From Gammaproteobacteria bacterium (GTDB taxonomy: Bacteria; Pseudomonadota; Gammaproteobacteria; Natronospirales; JAIVGZ01), in the NCBI GenBank assembly GCA_040882865.1, contig JBBEAN010000015.1, forward strand, positions 40,779 to 104,778: a DNA stretch of 64,000 nt, in the 5' to 3' direction. The first letter of the stretch is position 1. Every line of letters starts with the position of its first letter. The translations under genes and the position numbers were made by a program. Shown here one piece after another: positions 30,866 through 39,360 of the stretch. The notes beneath the pieces were generated by a model. That model saw only the letters and a list, made by a program, of their open reading frames with translations, was not told the origin of the DNA and searched no databases.

Positions 30866-31992
30866 TTGGACTTCGGCTTCCAGCTGTCGACGTAGCCGGT
30901 CCACTCGACGGACTCTGCGTCCGTGTGAACCTCGAGCGCATCGCGCGAGTCGACCATCACGGCGACCTCGTTCGTCCCTTCGCTTTTCTGCTCGAGCATG
31001 TTCTTCAATGCGCCGGGGTGCGGCCCGTGCGTGAACCCGCACGGATGCATCGTGATCATGCCCGGGTGGATGTTGTCGCGCGAAAAGAATTCGCCACGGT
31101 GGTAAAAAATCACTTCATCGTAGTCATCGTTGTTGTGGAAGAACGGGATCTTGATCGCGTCGGGGTCGGTCTCGAACGGACGGGGCACGAACGTGCAGAC
31201 CACGAAGCGGTTCGCGACGAAGGTCGTATGTGCGGACGGCGGAAGATGGTAGCGGTGGCTCATCAGCGGGCGGATGTCCCGCCAGTTGATGCGGACCGGC
31301 ACCAGGTCACCCTTCCAGCCGATTGCATCGAGCGGGTTGTACGGGAACGTGATCGTGGTCAGCGCATCGCGTCGCTTCACGACGACTTTCCACTCCTGCT
31401 CGCCTTGCTGCGCCCGGAACGCGTCGTCGAGGGCCGGTGTGTCGAGCATGGCCTCGTCAAAAATCGCGTGCGGACCTACCAAGCCCTTGTCCGGGAGCAT
31501 GTAGCTCGAGTTCGTCGCTTCCAGCAGCAGCAGGGACATCGGTGACGTTGCATCGATGCGCCACATCGTGCCGCGCGGTAACACCACATAATCACCGTCG
31601 CGCAACGTGAGGTGCCCGTAATCGCAAAAGAGCTCGCCGGCGCCGCCGTGCACGAACAGCAGCTCGTCGCCGTCGCTGTTGCGCACCAGATGGTCCATCG
31701 CGCCGGGCAGGTTCCACGTGCGGAACTTGAGGTGGGCGTTCCGCAGCAATGTCTTCGCCTGCCACGGCGACGGGCCATGGTCGGTGAACTTCGTGGTGTC
31801 GAACGCACGCGGCCTCAGCGGCCCCTCGAAGTCGGTCCAGCCGGTCGGCGGACGCTGGTGATACATGTGCGTCGCCGGGCCGAAGAAGCCCTCCTTGCCT
31901 AGCTCGCGTTCAAACGTGCCGTCGGGCAGTTTCGCGTGCGCTTGCCGCGATGAGTCGCCCTCGACCTTCGGAAAGCCGATCCAGCGTTTCAA
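30862..31992 (-). CDS. hmgA: homogentisate 1,2-dioxygenase (short form)
   Basis: 376 aa with a TTG start in a TTGA overlap with the hppD stop. Cupin-type sequence, located between hppD and the FAH-family gene. Confidence 0.75.
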   Translation of the reverse strand: MKRWIGFPKVEGDSSRQAHAKLPDGTFERELGKEGFFGPATHMYHQRPPTGWTDFEGPLRPRAFDTTKFTDHGPSPWQAKTLLRNAHLKFRTWNLPGAMDHLVRNSDGDELLFVHGGAGELFCDYGHLTLRDGDYVVLPRGTMWRIDATSPMSLLLLEATNSSYMLPDKGLVGPHAIFDEAMLDTPALDDAFRAQQGEQEWKVVVKRRDALTTITFPYNPLDAIGWKGDLVPVRINWRDIRPLMSHRYHLPPSAHTTFVANRFVVCTFVPRPFETDPDAIKIPFFHNNDDYDEVIFYHRGEFFSRDNIHPGMITMHPCGFTHGPHPGALKNMLEQKSEGTNEVAVMVDSRDALEVHTDAESVEWTGYVDSWKPKSK

Positions 31993-33047
31993 AGGACGCC
32001 GCGCTCCATCTGATCCCGCTCGATTGCCTCGAACAGCGCCGTGAAGTTGCCCTCACCGAAGCCCTCGTTGCCCTTGCGCTGGATGATTTCGAAGAACAGC
32101 GGACCAATGACGGTCTTCGTGAAGATCTGCAGTAGCAGCTGTTTCTTCGTCTCCGCATCCGCGTCGATGAGCAGCTTGTTCTTCTGCATGCGCTTCAAGT
32201 CTTCGCCATGGTCCGGCACGCGCTCCTCGACCATCTCGTAATACGCATCCGGCGTATCGAGGAACGGTACGTCGCTCTTGCGTAAGGCTTCAACGGTCTC
32301 GTAGATATTGTCCGTGAACAGCGCGATGTGCTGGATGCCCTCGCCCTTGTACTCATTCAGATATTCAACGATTTGTGATTTTTCGTCGCCGGACTCGTTC
32401 AGCGGGATGCGGACCTTGCCGTCCGGGCTCGTCATCGCCTTCGATACGAGGCCGGTTTTCGATCCTTTGATATCGAAATAACGGATTTCTCGGAAGTTGA
32501 ACAGGCGCTCGTAGTAATCGGACCACTGCTTCATGTTGCCGAAGTAGACGTTGTGGGTCAGGTGGTCGATGAAAGTGAGACCGGCGCCTTTTGGACGCTG
32601 GTCGACACCTGGAATCGGTTCGAACTCGGCGTCGTACGCCGAACCCTTATCCCCGTAGCGGTCCACGAGGTACAGCGCAGCGCCGCCGATGCCGTCGATT
32701 GCGGGCACGGAGAGCGCAAGCGTCTCGGGCTTGTGCTCGACCGGCTTCGCGCCGAGCGACAATGCGCGCTCATAGGCTTTCGCGGCGTCCTGCACCCGGA
32801 TCGCGAAACCCGGTGCGCCGGGTCCGTGCTGCGCGGAGAAGTCGGACGCGAAGCTGTCCGGTTCCTCGTTCACGAGGAAGTTGCAATCGTTCTGCCGGTA
32901 CAACGTCACTTTTTTCGACTTGTGGCGCGCCACTGCGGAAAAGCCCAAGCGCTTCATCAGTGCGTGGAGTTCGGTGGCGTCAGGGGCCGAATATTCGACG
33001 AACTCAAAGCCGTCTATACCCATCGGGTTCGTGGTCGTATCGGTCAT
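31989..33047 (-). CDS. hppD: 4-hydroxyphenylpyruvate dioxygenase
   Basis: Start ATG 33047 (MTDTTTNPMGIDGFEFVEY..), 11 nt after SD GGAGG. C-terminal ..FGEGNFTALFEAIERDQ.. Confidence 0.9.
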   Translation of the reverse strand: MTDTTTNPMGIDGFEFVEYSAPDATELHALMKRLGFSAVARHKSKKVTLYRQNDCNFLVNEEPDSFASDFSAQHGPGAPGFAIRVQDAAKAYERALSLGAKPVEHKPETLALSVPAIDGIGGAALYLVDRYGDKGSAYDAEFEPIPGVDQRPKGAGLTFIDHLTHNVYFGNMKQWSDYYERLFNFREIRYFDIKGSKTGLVSKAMTSPDGKVRIPLNESGDEKSQIVEYLNEYKGEGIQHIALFTDNIYETVEALRKSDVPFLDTPDAYYEMVEERVPDHGEDLKRMQKNKLLIDADAETKKQLLLQIFTKTVIGPLFFEIIQRKGNEGFGEGNFTALFEAIERDQMERGVL

Positions 33048-33127
33048 GGTGCGCATTCCTCCAACGAAACAATCATTATAGCAATGCAGGGCTTGCCTCC
33101 GGAAACCGTTTCCGTTCAAATACTTCG

Positions 33128-34879
33128 ATGAACGCACTCACACGCATTGCCATCCCGTCCGTCCTCGTTCTCGTCGTCGCTGCCTGCAGCGCGGAACGCG
33201 AGCCCGTCGCCGTGAAAACGGACCCAAACGCGGAATTCGCTGCCTACGCGGTCGAACTCGTCGACCGGTTTTTGGACCGCAGCCCCGAGTGGTCGATCTA
33301 CGCCGGGCGCTATGACAACGCCGACCGCGTCACGGTGCCGGATGAGGCACGCCGCGCGGACGACCTCGCGTTCGTCAATGCCGAGCTCGCTGCGCTGGAC
33401 CGGTTCGACCCCGACGCACTGGATGCTTCCAACCGCACCGATTACGCGCTGATTCGCAACCAGCTCGAGAGCGCGCGCTGGTATCAACTGGAGTTCAAGG
33501 GCGGCGAATGGATGCCGTCCAACTACAACGTCGCGGGCCCAATCGCCCTTCTCCTGAACACGGAGTACGCGCCGCTCGAAGAACGGCTCCGCGCGGTACT
33601 GTCGCGGCTCGAGTACGTACCCGCGTACTACGAGGCGGCGCGAGAGAACGTGAAGAATCCGACCGCCGAACACACTGAGCTCGCGATGGTGCAGAGCCGC
33701 GGCGCACTGTCCGTTTTCGGCGATGCCCTCATCGATCGCGTGAACGGTTCGGCGCTCACCAATGATGAAAAGGCGCTGTTCACCGAACGTGTCGCGGCAG
33801 CGCGCGCCGCCATCGGCGGCTGGATTGCGTGGCTTGGAGAACTCGACGGCGAGCGGCCGTTCCGCATTGGCGAGGCACTTTACGAGCAGAAATTCACGTA
33901 TGACATTCAGTCTGGGTACACCGCACGCGAGCTCTACGAGCGGGCGCTCGCGGAGAAGGAAAAGCTGCATACGACCATGGACGGGATTACGGTCGAACTA
34001 TGGCCCGAGTACTTCCCGAATACCGAGATGCCCGATGACCGGCTCGAGCGCATCGGGCTGATGATCGACCACCTCGCGGCGCGGCATGTGTCGCGCGACG
34101 AGTTCTTCGGCGAGATCCAGCGCCAGATTCCGCTACTCGCGGCATTCGTCGAAGAGCACGACCTCCTCGATCAGGACCCGTCAAAGCCGCTGATTGTGCG
34201 CGAGACACCCGCATACATGCGGGGTAGCGGCGCGGGCGCGTCGGTCAGCGCACCCGGGCCGTTCAACCCCGGCGCCGACACGTTCTACAACGTCACGCTG
34301 CTCGACCGCTTCACCGACGAGCAGGCGGAGAGCTACCTGCGCGAGTACAACCACTGGATCCTGCAAATTCTCAATATCCACGAAGGGATTCCCGGCCACT
34401 ACACGCAACTCGTGCACGCGAACAAATCACCGAGCATCGTGAAGGCGATGTTCGGTAACGGCGCGATGGTGGAGGGCTGGGCGGTGTACGCCGAGCGCAT
34501 GATGCTGGAGAACGGCTACGCGGCGGACGAGCAGCCCGAGATGTGGCTGATGTACGGTAAGTGGAACTTGCGCGTCGTGTGTAACACCATTCTCGACTAC
34601 GCCGTGCACACGCAGGGCATGACCGAGGACGAAGCGCTGGATCTTTTGATGCGCGAGGCGTTCCAGGAGCGTACCGAGGCGACCGAAAAGTGGCGCCGCG
34701 TGAAACTGTCACAGGTTCAGCTGACCAGTTATTTCGCGGGCTACGCGGAGATCTACGATTTCCGCGAAGCGCGGAAGGCGGAGCTCGGCGACGAATTCGA
34801 CCTGAAGGCGTTCCACAACGAATTCCTGAGCTACGGCCGCGCGCCGGTGCGCGTAATCCGGGACCTCATGACCGACTAG
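33128..34879 (+). CDS. DUF885-family lipoprotein (putative metallopeptidase-like)
   Basis: Start moved to ATG 33128. Lipobox LVVAAC. HEGIPGHY motif. The stop TAG lies in the head of a REP-like copy. Confidence 0.7.
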   Translation: MNALTRIAIPSVLVLVVAACSAEREPVAVKTDPNAEFAAYAVELVDRFLDRSPEWSIYAGRYDNADRVTVPDEARRADDLAFVNAELAALDRFDPDALDASNRTDYALIRNQLESARWYQLEFKGGEWMPSNYNVAGPIALLLNTEYAPLEERLRAVLSRLEYVPAYYEAARENVKNPTAEHTELAMVQSRGALSVFGDALIDRVNGSALTNDEKALFTERVAAARAAIGGWIAWLGELDGERPFRIGEALYEQKFTYDIQSGYTARELYERALAEKEKLHTTMDGITVELWPEYFPNTEMPDDRLERIGLMIDHLAARHVSRDEFFGEIQRQIPLLAAFVEEHDLLDQDPSKPLIVRETPAYMRGSGAGASVSAPGPFNPGADTFYNVTLLDRFTDEQAESYLREYNHWILQILNIHEGIPGHYTQLVHANKSPSIVKAMFGNGAMVEGWAVYAERMMLENGYAADEQPEMWLMYGKWNLRVVCNTILDYAVHTQGMTEDEALDLLMREAFQERTEATEKWRRVKLSQVQLTSYFAGYAEIYDFREARKAELGDEFDLKAFHNEFLSYGRAPVRVIRDLMTD

Positions 34880-34900
34880 CGGCGCTCTTGGCGCCGCGAT
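34877..34900 (+). repeat. REP-like element (head-truncated)
   Basis: TAG-CGGCGC-TCTTG-GCGCCGCGAT. Its TAG is the DUF885 stop codon. Confidence 0.55.
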
Positions 34901-35099
34901 GCCGTCGGTGGCGGCCTGCTGCGACGTCCGGACCGAACGCGCCGCTGCCGCTTCCCTCGACTGCGCGGCTGATTGAATGTCGCCAAAGTCGACCGCTTCA
35001 CCGCGACTACTTTGTGCGGCGCCTTCGACCTCGCGGCTTACCCAGTCCCGTCTCGGTCGCTCCCGGCGCGTTGTCCGTCCGCTCCGCTGGCCGATCACT

Positions 35100-35127
35100 G
35101 TAGGAGCGGCGCCTTTGCGCCGCGATT
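35100..35127 (+). repeat. REP-like element
   Basis: GTAGGAGCGGCGC-CTTT-GCGCCGCGATT. Its 3' ATT overlaps the kynA stop codon on the opposite strand. Confidence 0.7.
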
Positions 35128-35962
35128 AAAGCTCGGTGCGGACCTGGATGAGTTCGGGGAAGAATGCGATGTCCAGCGCCTTTTTCAGGAAGCCGACGCC
35201 CGACGAGCCGCCGGTTCCTGGCTTGAAGCCGATGATGCGTTCGACCGCTTTCATATGCCGGAACCGCCACAGCTGGAAAAACTCTTCGACGTCGACGAGC
35301 TTCTCGGCCATCTCATACGCGGCCCAGTATTCCTCGCGGTTCGTGTAGACCGTCCTCATCACCGCAACGACGCCCGGCGAGGATTCATACGCTTGCGTCC
35401 AATCGCGCTCGACGCGGTCGGAGGGCACGGGTAGCCCCTGCCGGTGCAGATAGCGCAGGAACTCGTCGTACAGACTGGGCTGTTTCAGCAAGCGTTGTAA
35501 CTCTTGGTAGCTGTCGGGCTCGTGGGTGAACATCTCGGCGAGACGCGTGTGCTTGTTGCCAAGAATGAACTCGAGCGCGCGATACTGGTAGGACTGGAAT
35601 CCTGACGCGGCCTGCAGTACGCCGCGGAACTCCAGGTACTCGCTCGGCGTCAGCGTCTCAAGCACTGCCCACTGGTTGAACAGTTGCTGCTGAATCTGCT
35701 TGACCCGAGCGAGAATCTTGAAGGTCGGCTCGAGCTCATCCCGCTGCACCAGCCGGATGGCCGCACGCAGTTCGTGCAGCAGCAACTTGATCCACAGTTC
35801 GGAGGTCTGGTGCTGAATGATGAACAGCATCTCGTCGTGGTGCGGCGGGTCGCTGAGCGGGTGCTGCGCGGTCAGCACTTGCTCGAGGCTGAGATAGCCG
35901 CCATAGGTCATCGTCCCGGCCAGGTCCAGCGGGATGCCCTTCTCGAGTTCGCGCTCGCTCAT
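35126..35962 (-). CDS. kynA: tryptophan 2,3-dioxygenase
   Basis: Start moved to ATG 35962 ([24 protein letters not shown]..) with [26 protein letters not shown] motif. Confidence 0.9.
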   Translation of the reverse strand: MSERELEKGIPLDLAGTMTYGGYLSLEQVLTAQHPLSDPPHHDEMLFIIQHQTSELWIKLLLHELRAAIRLVQRDELEPTFKILARVKQIQQQLFNQWAVLETLTPSEYLEFRGVLQAASGFQSYQYRALEFILGNKHTRLAEMFTHEPDSYQELQRLLKQPSLYDEFLRYLHRQGLPVPSDRVERDWTQAYESSPGVVAVMRTVYTNREEYWAAYEMAEKLVDVEEFFQLWRFRHMKAVERIIGFKPGTGGSSGVGFLKKALDIAFFPELIQVRTEL

Positions 35963-35982
35963 CGCCTCTCCAATCGTCGGTT

Positions 35983-35991
35983 TTGCTAGAA
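35983..35991 (+). promoter_or_regulatory. extended -10 element for the E1/E2 dehydrogenase operon
   Basis: TGCTAGAAT (TAGAAT at 35986-35991). SD GGAG at 36021 and TTG start at 36033 lie downstream. Confidence 0.35.
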
Positions 35992-36032
35992 TGTGCGGCC
36001 CGTGCGTGATTCTACCTGACGGAGTTTGCTCC

Positions 36033-37109
36033 TTGACCATATCAGCGAAGTTCGAGATCGAGTACCTGCAATACCTTGATCCCGATGGAAAAGCGGCGTC
36101 AAAGCTGCCGAAATTTGCCGGTGACCGCGAGACGATGCTCTCGATGTACCGGCTGATGTCGACCGTGAGGGTCTTCGACAAGAAGGCCATCGCGCTGCAA
36201 CGCACCGGCCAGCTCGGTACCTATGCGTCGTGCCTCGGCCACGAGGCGGCCCACGTCGCGATCGGCGCCGCGATGAAACCCGAGGATGCGTTCTTCCCGA
36301 TGTACCGCGAGTACGGCGCGCAATTCGCGCGCGGCGTGAAGATGGAAGAAGTTCTGTTGTTCTGGGGCGGCGACGAGCGCGGCAACAATTTCTCAGGGCC
36401 GAAGCATGACTTCCCGTGGTGCGTACCGATCGCGACTCAGTTTCACCACGCGGCCGGTGCGGCGATGGCGTTCAAGTACCGCAACGAGAAGCGCGTCGCC
36501 GTGTCGGTCATCGGCGATGGCGGCACCTCGCAGGGCGACTTCTACGAGTCATTGAACGCCGCGGGCGCTTGGAACCTGCCTGTCGTCTTCGTCGTCGCGA
36601 ACAATCGATGGGCGATCTCCGTGCCGCTCGAGCTCCAGACCTCATGCGAGACGCTCGCGCAGAAAGCGATTTCGGGCGGCTTCCAGGGCCTGCAGGTCGA
36701 CGGCAACGACATCATCGCGATGCGCGATGCGATGGACACCGCGCTCGCGAAGGCCCGCAAAGGCGGTGGCCCGACGCTCATTGAGGCGATGACCTACCGC
36801 CTGTCAGACCACACGACCGCCGACGACGCACGCCGCTACCGGAAAGAGGAAGAAGTGCGCGAAGCCGAGCTCAAAGAGCCTTTGATTCGTATCCGCAAAT
36901 GGTTGATGGACAAGAAGTGGTGGTCGCAGAAGGACGAAGACGCCTTGCTCGAGGAAGCGGCCGCGCAGGTCGACGAGGCCGTGAAGGTCTACCTCGCGAG
37001 CGGTAAGCCACCGGTCGAATCGATGTTCGACCACCTGTTCGAGAACATGCCGGAATCACTCGCCGAACAGCGTGAGATCGCCATCGCGGAGGCCAAGCAC
37101 CATGGCTAA
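36033..37109 (+). CDS. bkdA1: 2-oxoacid dehydrogenase E1 alpha subunit (branched-chain type inferred from context)
   Basis: TPP motif [15 protein letters not shown]. Start uncertain: TTG 36033 is preferred because SD GGAG lies 8 nt upstream, and ATG 35991 is the alternative. Confidence 0.8.
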   Translation: MTISAKFEIEYLQYLDPDGKAASKLPKFAGDRETMLSMYRLMSTVRVFDKKAIALQRTGQLGTYASCLGHEAAHVAIGAAMKPEDAFFPMYREYGAQFARGVKMEEVLLFWGGDERGNNFSGPKHDFPWCVPIATQFHHAAGAAMAFKYRNEKRVAVSVIGDGGTSQGDFYESLNAAGAWNLPVVFVVANNRWAISVPLELQTSCETLAQKAISGGFQGLQVDGNDIIAMRDAMDTALAKARKGGGPTLIEAMTYRLSDHTTADDARRYRKEEEVREAELKEPLIRIRKWLMDKKWWSQKDEDALLEEAAAQVDEAVKVYLASGKPPVESMFDHLFENMPESLAEQREIAIAEAKHHG

Positions 37110-38079
37110 CGTGACCCTCATCGACGCTCTGAACATGGCGATGGCGTGGGAGATGGCGCACGACGACAGCGTCGTCGTGCTCGGCGAGGACGTCGGTATC
37201 AACGGCGGCGTGTTCCGCGCGACAGCTGGCTTGCAGGAACGCTTCGGCAAGGAGCGCGTGCTCGACACGCCCCTCGCCGAAGCGCTGATCGCGGGCGTGT
37301 CGATCGGCATGGCGGCCCAGGGCCTGAAGCCCATCGCTGAAATCCAGTTCTCGGGATTCATCTACCCGACCGTCGACCAGATGATCAACCACGCGGGCCG
37401 GCTGCGCAGCCGCACGCGCGGCCGTATCCATGTGCCGATGGTGCTCCGCGCACCATCGGGTGGCGGCATTCACGCGCCTGAGCACCATTCGGAGTCCAAC
37501 GAGGCGTTCTTCGCGCACATGCCGGGCATCCGTTGCGTGATTCCGTCGTCGCCGGCGCGCGCCTACGGCCTGCTGCTCGCCTCGATCCGCGACCCGGACC
37601 CCGTGGTTTTCCTCGAGCCGACGCGCATGTACCGCATGAACAAGCAAAGCGTCGAGGACAATGGCGAGGCGCTGCCGCTCGACACCTGCTTCATCTTGAA
37701 AGAAGGTACGGACGTCACGCTCGTCAGCTGGGGCGCGATGATTTTCGAAACGCTGCAGGCGGCAAAGAAGCTCGAGGAAGACGGCATCAGCTGCGAGGTG
37801 ATCGACCTCGCGACCATCAGCCCGATCGACGCAGAGACCATCCTCGAGTCGGTCGAAAAGACGGGCCGGCTCGTGATTATCCATGAGGCACCGCTGAGTT
37901 GCGGTGTCGGCGCCGAGGTCGCGGCCATTGTCGCGGACAAGGGCCTGTTCTATCTGCACGCGCCGATCCAGCGCGTGACCGGTTACGATGCGATCATGCC
38001 GCTGTTCAAGCTCGAGCATGATTACATGCCGAGCGTGAACCGCATCGTCGGCGCCATCCGCAAGACGCTGGAGGATTGA
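37102..38079 (+). CDS. bkdA2: 2-oxoacid dehydrogenase E1 beta subunit
   Basis: Start ATG 37102 ([14 protein letters not shown]..), overlapping the E1 alpha stop. Transketolase-like pyrimidine-binding and C-terminal domains. Confidence 0.85.
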   Translation: MANVTLIDALNMAMAWEMAHDDSVVVLGEDVGINGGVFRATAGLQERFGKERVLDTPLAEALIAGVSIGMAAQGLKPIAEIQFSGFIYPTVDQMINHAGRLRSRTRGRIHVPMVLRAPSGGGIHAPEHHSESNEAFFAHMPGIRCVIPSSPARAYGLLLASIRDPDPVVFLEPTRMYRMNKQSVEDNGEALPLDTCFILKEGTDVTLVSWGAMIFETLQAAKKLEEDGISCEVIDLATISPIDAETILESVEKTGRLVIIHEAPLSCGVGAEVAAIVADKGLFYLHAPIQRVTGYDAIMPLFKLEHDYMPSVNRIVGAIRKTLED

Positions 38080-38083
38080 CCGC

Positions 38084-39331
38084 ATGAAGACCTTCAAACT
38101 GCCCGACCTTGGCGAGGGCCTGCCCGAAGCGGAAATCGTCTCTTGGCACGTCAAGGAAGGTGATGCCGTAAAGGTCGATCAGCCACTCGTGTCTGTCGAG
38201 ACCGCAAAAGCGGTCGTCGACGTGCCGTCGCCGTACACCGGCAAGATTGCGAAACTGCATGGCGCCGAGGGCGACGTGATTCCGACGCATGCACCGCTGG
38301 TCGATTTCGACATTGACGGTGACGCGCCCGAAGCCGACTCCACGCTCGCCGACACGCAGGACCCCGAAACCGCGCCGACCGAGCCCGTGAAGGAAGACAG
38401 CGGGACGGTGGTCGGCAACATGCCGACCTCCGATGACATGCTCGAGGAAACGGCCATTATCGGGCGCCGCCGCAAGGACAAGGCGCCGGTGAAGGCGGCG
38501 CCGTCCGCGCGCGCGCTCGCGAAGGAGCTCGGTGTGGACATCGCGCGGTGCGCGCCTAGCGGCCGCAGCGGCGTGGTCACCGCGAAAGATGTCCGCGCGG
38601 CGGCTGACGCGCCGCAGCGGCCCGAAGGACGCACGCCTTCGACACCCGCCGGGCCCGCTTGGACCGCGCCCGCGCGCCGCACCGACGTCGCGTACGGTAC
38701 GCCCGAGAAATTGCGGGGCCCGCGTCGTGCGATGCATCAGAGCATGAGCGCTTCGCGCGATGCGGTCATGCCGTGCACGCTGTTTGACGACGCGGACATC
38801 CATGCATGGATGCCGGGCCAGGACATCACTGCGCGCGTCATCCGCGCGATTGTCGCGGGCTGCCGTGCCGAGCCGGGCCTGAACGCGTGGTTCGACGGCG
38901 ACGCGCAGACCCGTACGCTCCACGAGCACGTCGACCTCGCGATGGCTGTGGATACCCCCGATGGCCTGATCGTGCCGGTCCTGCGCGGCGTGGACGCGCT
39001 CGACGCGGCCGGCCTGCGCGGTGCCATCAATGACGTCAAGGTCTCGACCCGGGATCGCACCGTGACCCCGGCCCAGATGAAGGACCCCACCATCACCTTG
39101 TCCAATTTCGGGATGATGGCCGGCCGGTATGCGACGCCCGTCGTGGTGCCGCCGCAGGTCGCGATTGTGGGCACCGGCGGCATCCGCCATGACGTCGTGC
39201 CGGTCCTCGGCGGCATCGAAACGCACAAGCGCATCCCGCTGTCTCTGACCTTCGACCACCGGTGCATCACCGGGGGCGAAGCATGTCGCTTCCTGGCGGC
39301 CATGATTGCCGATTTACAGCGGCCTTTTTAA
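38084..39331 (+). CDS. bkdB: dihydrolipoamide acyltransferase E2 component
   Basis: Lipoyl domain (VSVETAKAVVDVPSP), E3-binding segment (PSARALAKELGVDI) and catalytic DHR motif (LTFDHRCITGG). Confidence 0.85.
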   Translation: MKTFKLPDLGEGLPEAEIVSWHVKEGDAVKVDQPLVSVETAKAVVDVPSPYTGKIAKLHGAEGDVIPTHAPLVDFDIDGDAPEADSTLADTQDPETAPTEPVKEDSGTVVGNMPTSDDMLEETAIIGRRRKDKAPVKAAPSARALAKELGVDIARCAPSGRSGVVTAKDVRAAADAPQRPEGRTPSTPAGPAWTAPARRTDVAYGTPEKLRGPRRAMHQSMSASRDAVMPCTLFDDADIHAWMPGQDITARVIRAIVAGCRAEPGLNAWFDGDAQTRTLHEHVDLAMAVDTPDGLIVPVLRGVDALDAAGLRGAINDVKVSTRDRTVTPAQMKDPTITLSNFGMMAGRYATPVVVPPQVAIVGTGGIRHDVVPVLGGIETHKRIPLSLTFDHRCITGGEACRFLAAMIADLQRPF

Positions 39332-39346
39332 ATAAAAATAACGGGG

Positions 39347-39352
39347 TAGAAT
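39347..39352 (+). promoter_or_regulatory. -10-like box just upstream of gdhB
   Basis: TAGAAT preceded by an A/T-rich block (TTTTTAAATAAAAATAA). 8 nt (ACGCGGCC) before ATG 39361, no SD. Confidence 0.3.
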
Positions 39353-39360
39353 ACGCGGCC

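Noticed and set aside
34901-35099. Possible additional degenerate REP (GTGCGGCGCCTTCGACCTCGCGGCTT near 35013-35038) and small ORFs in the DUF885-kynA spacer.
   Set aside because: The palindrome is broken and both head and tail diverge. The similarity is too weak to call.
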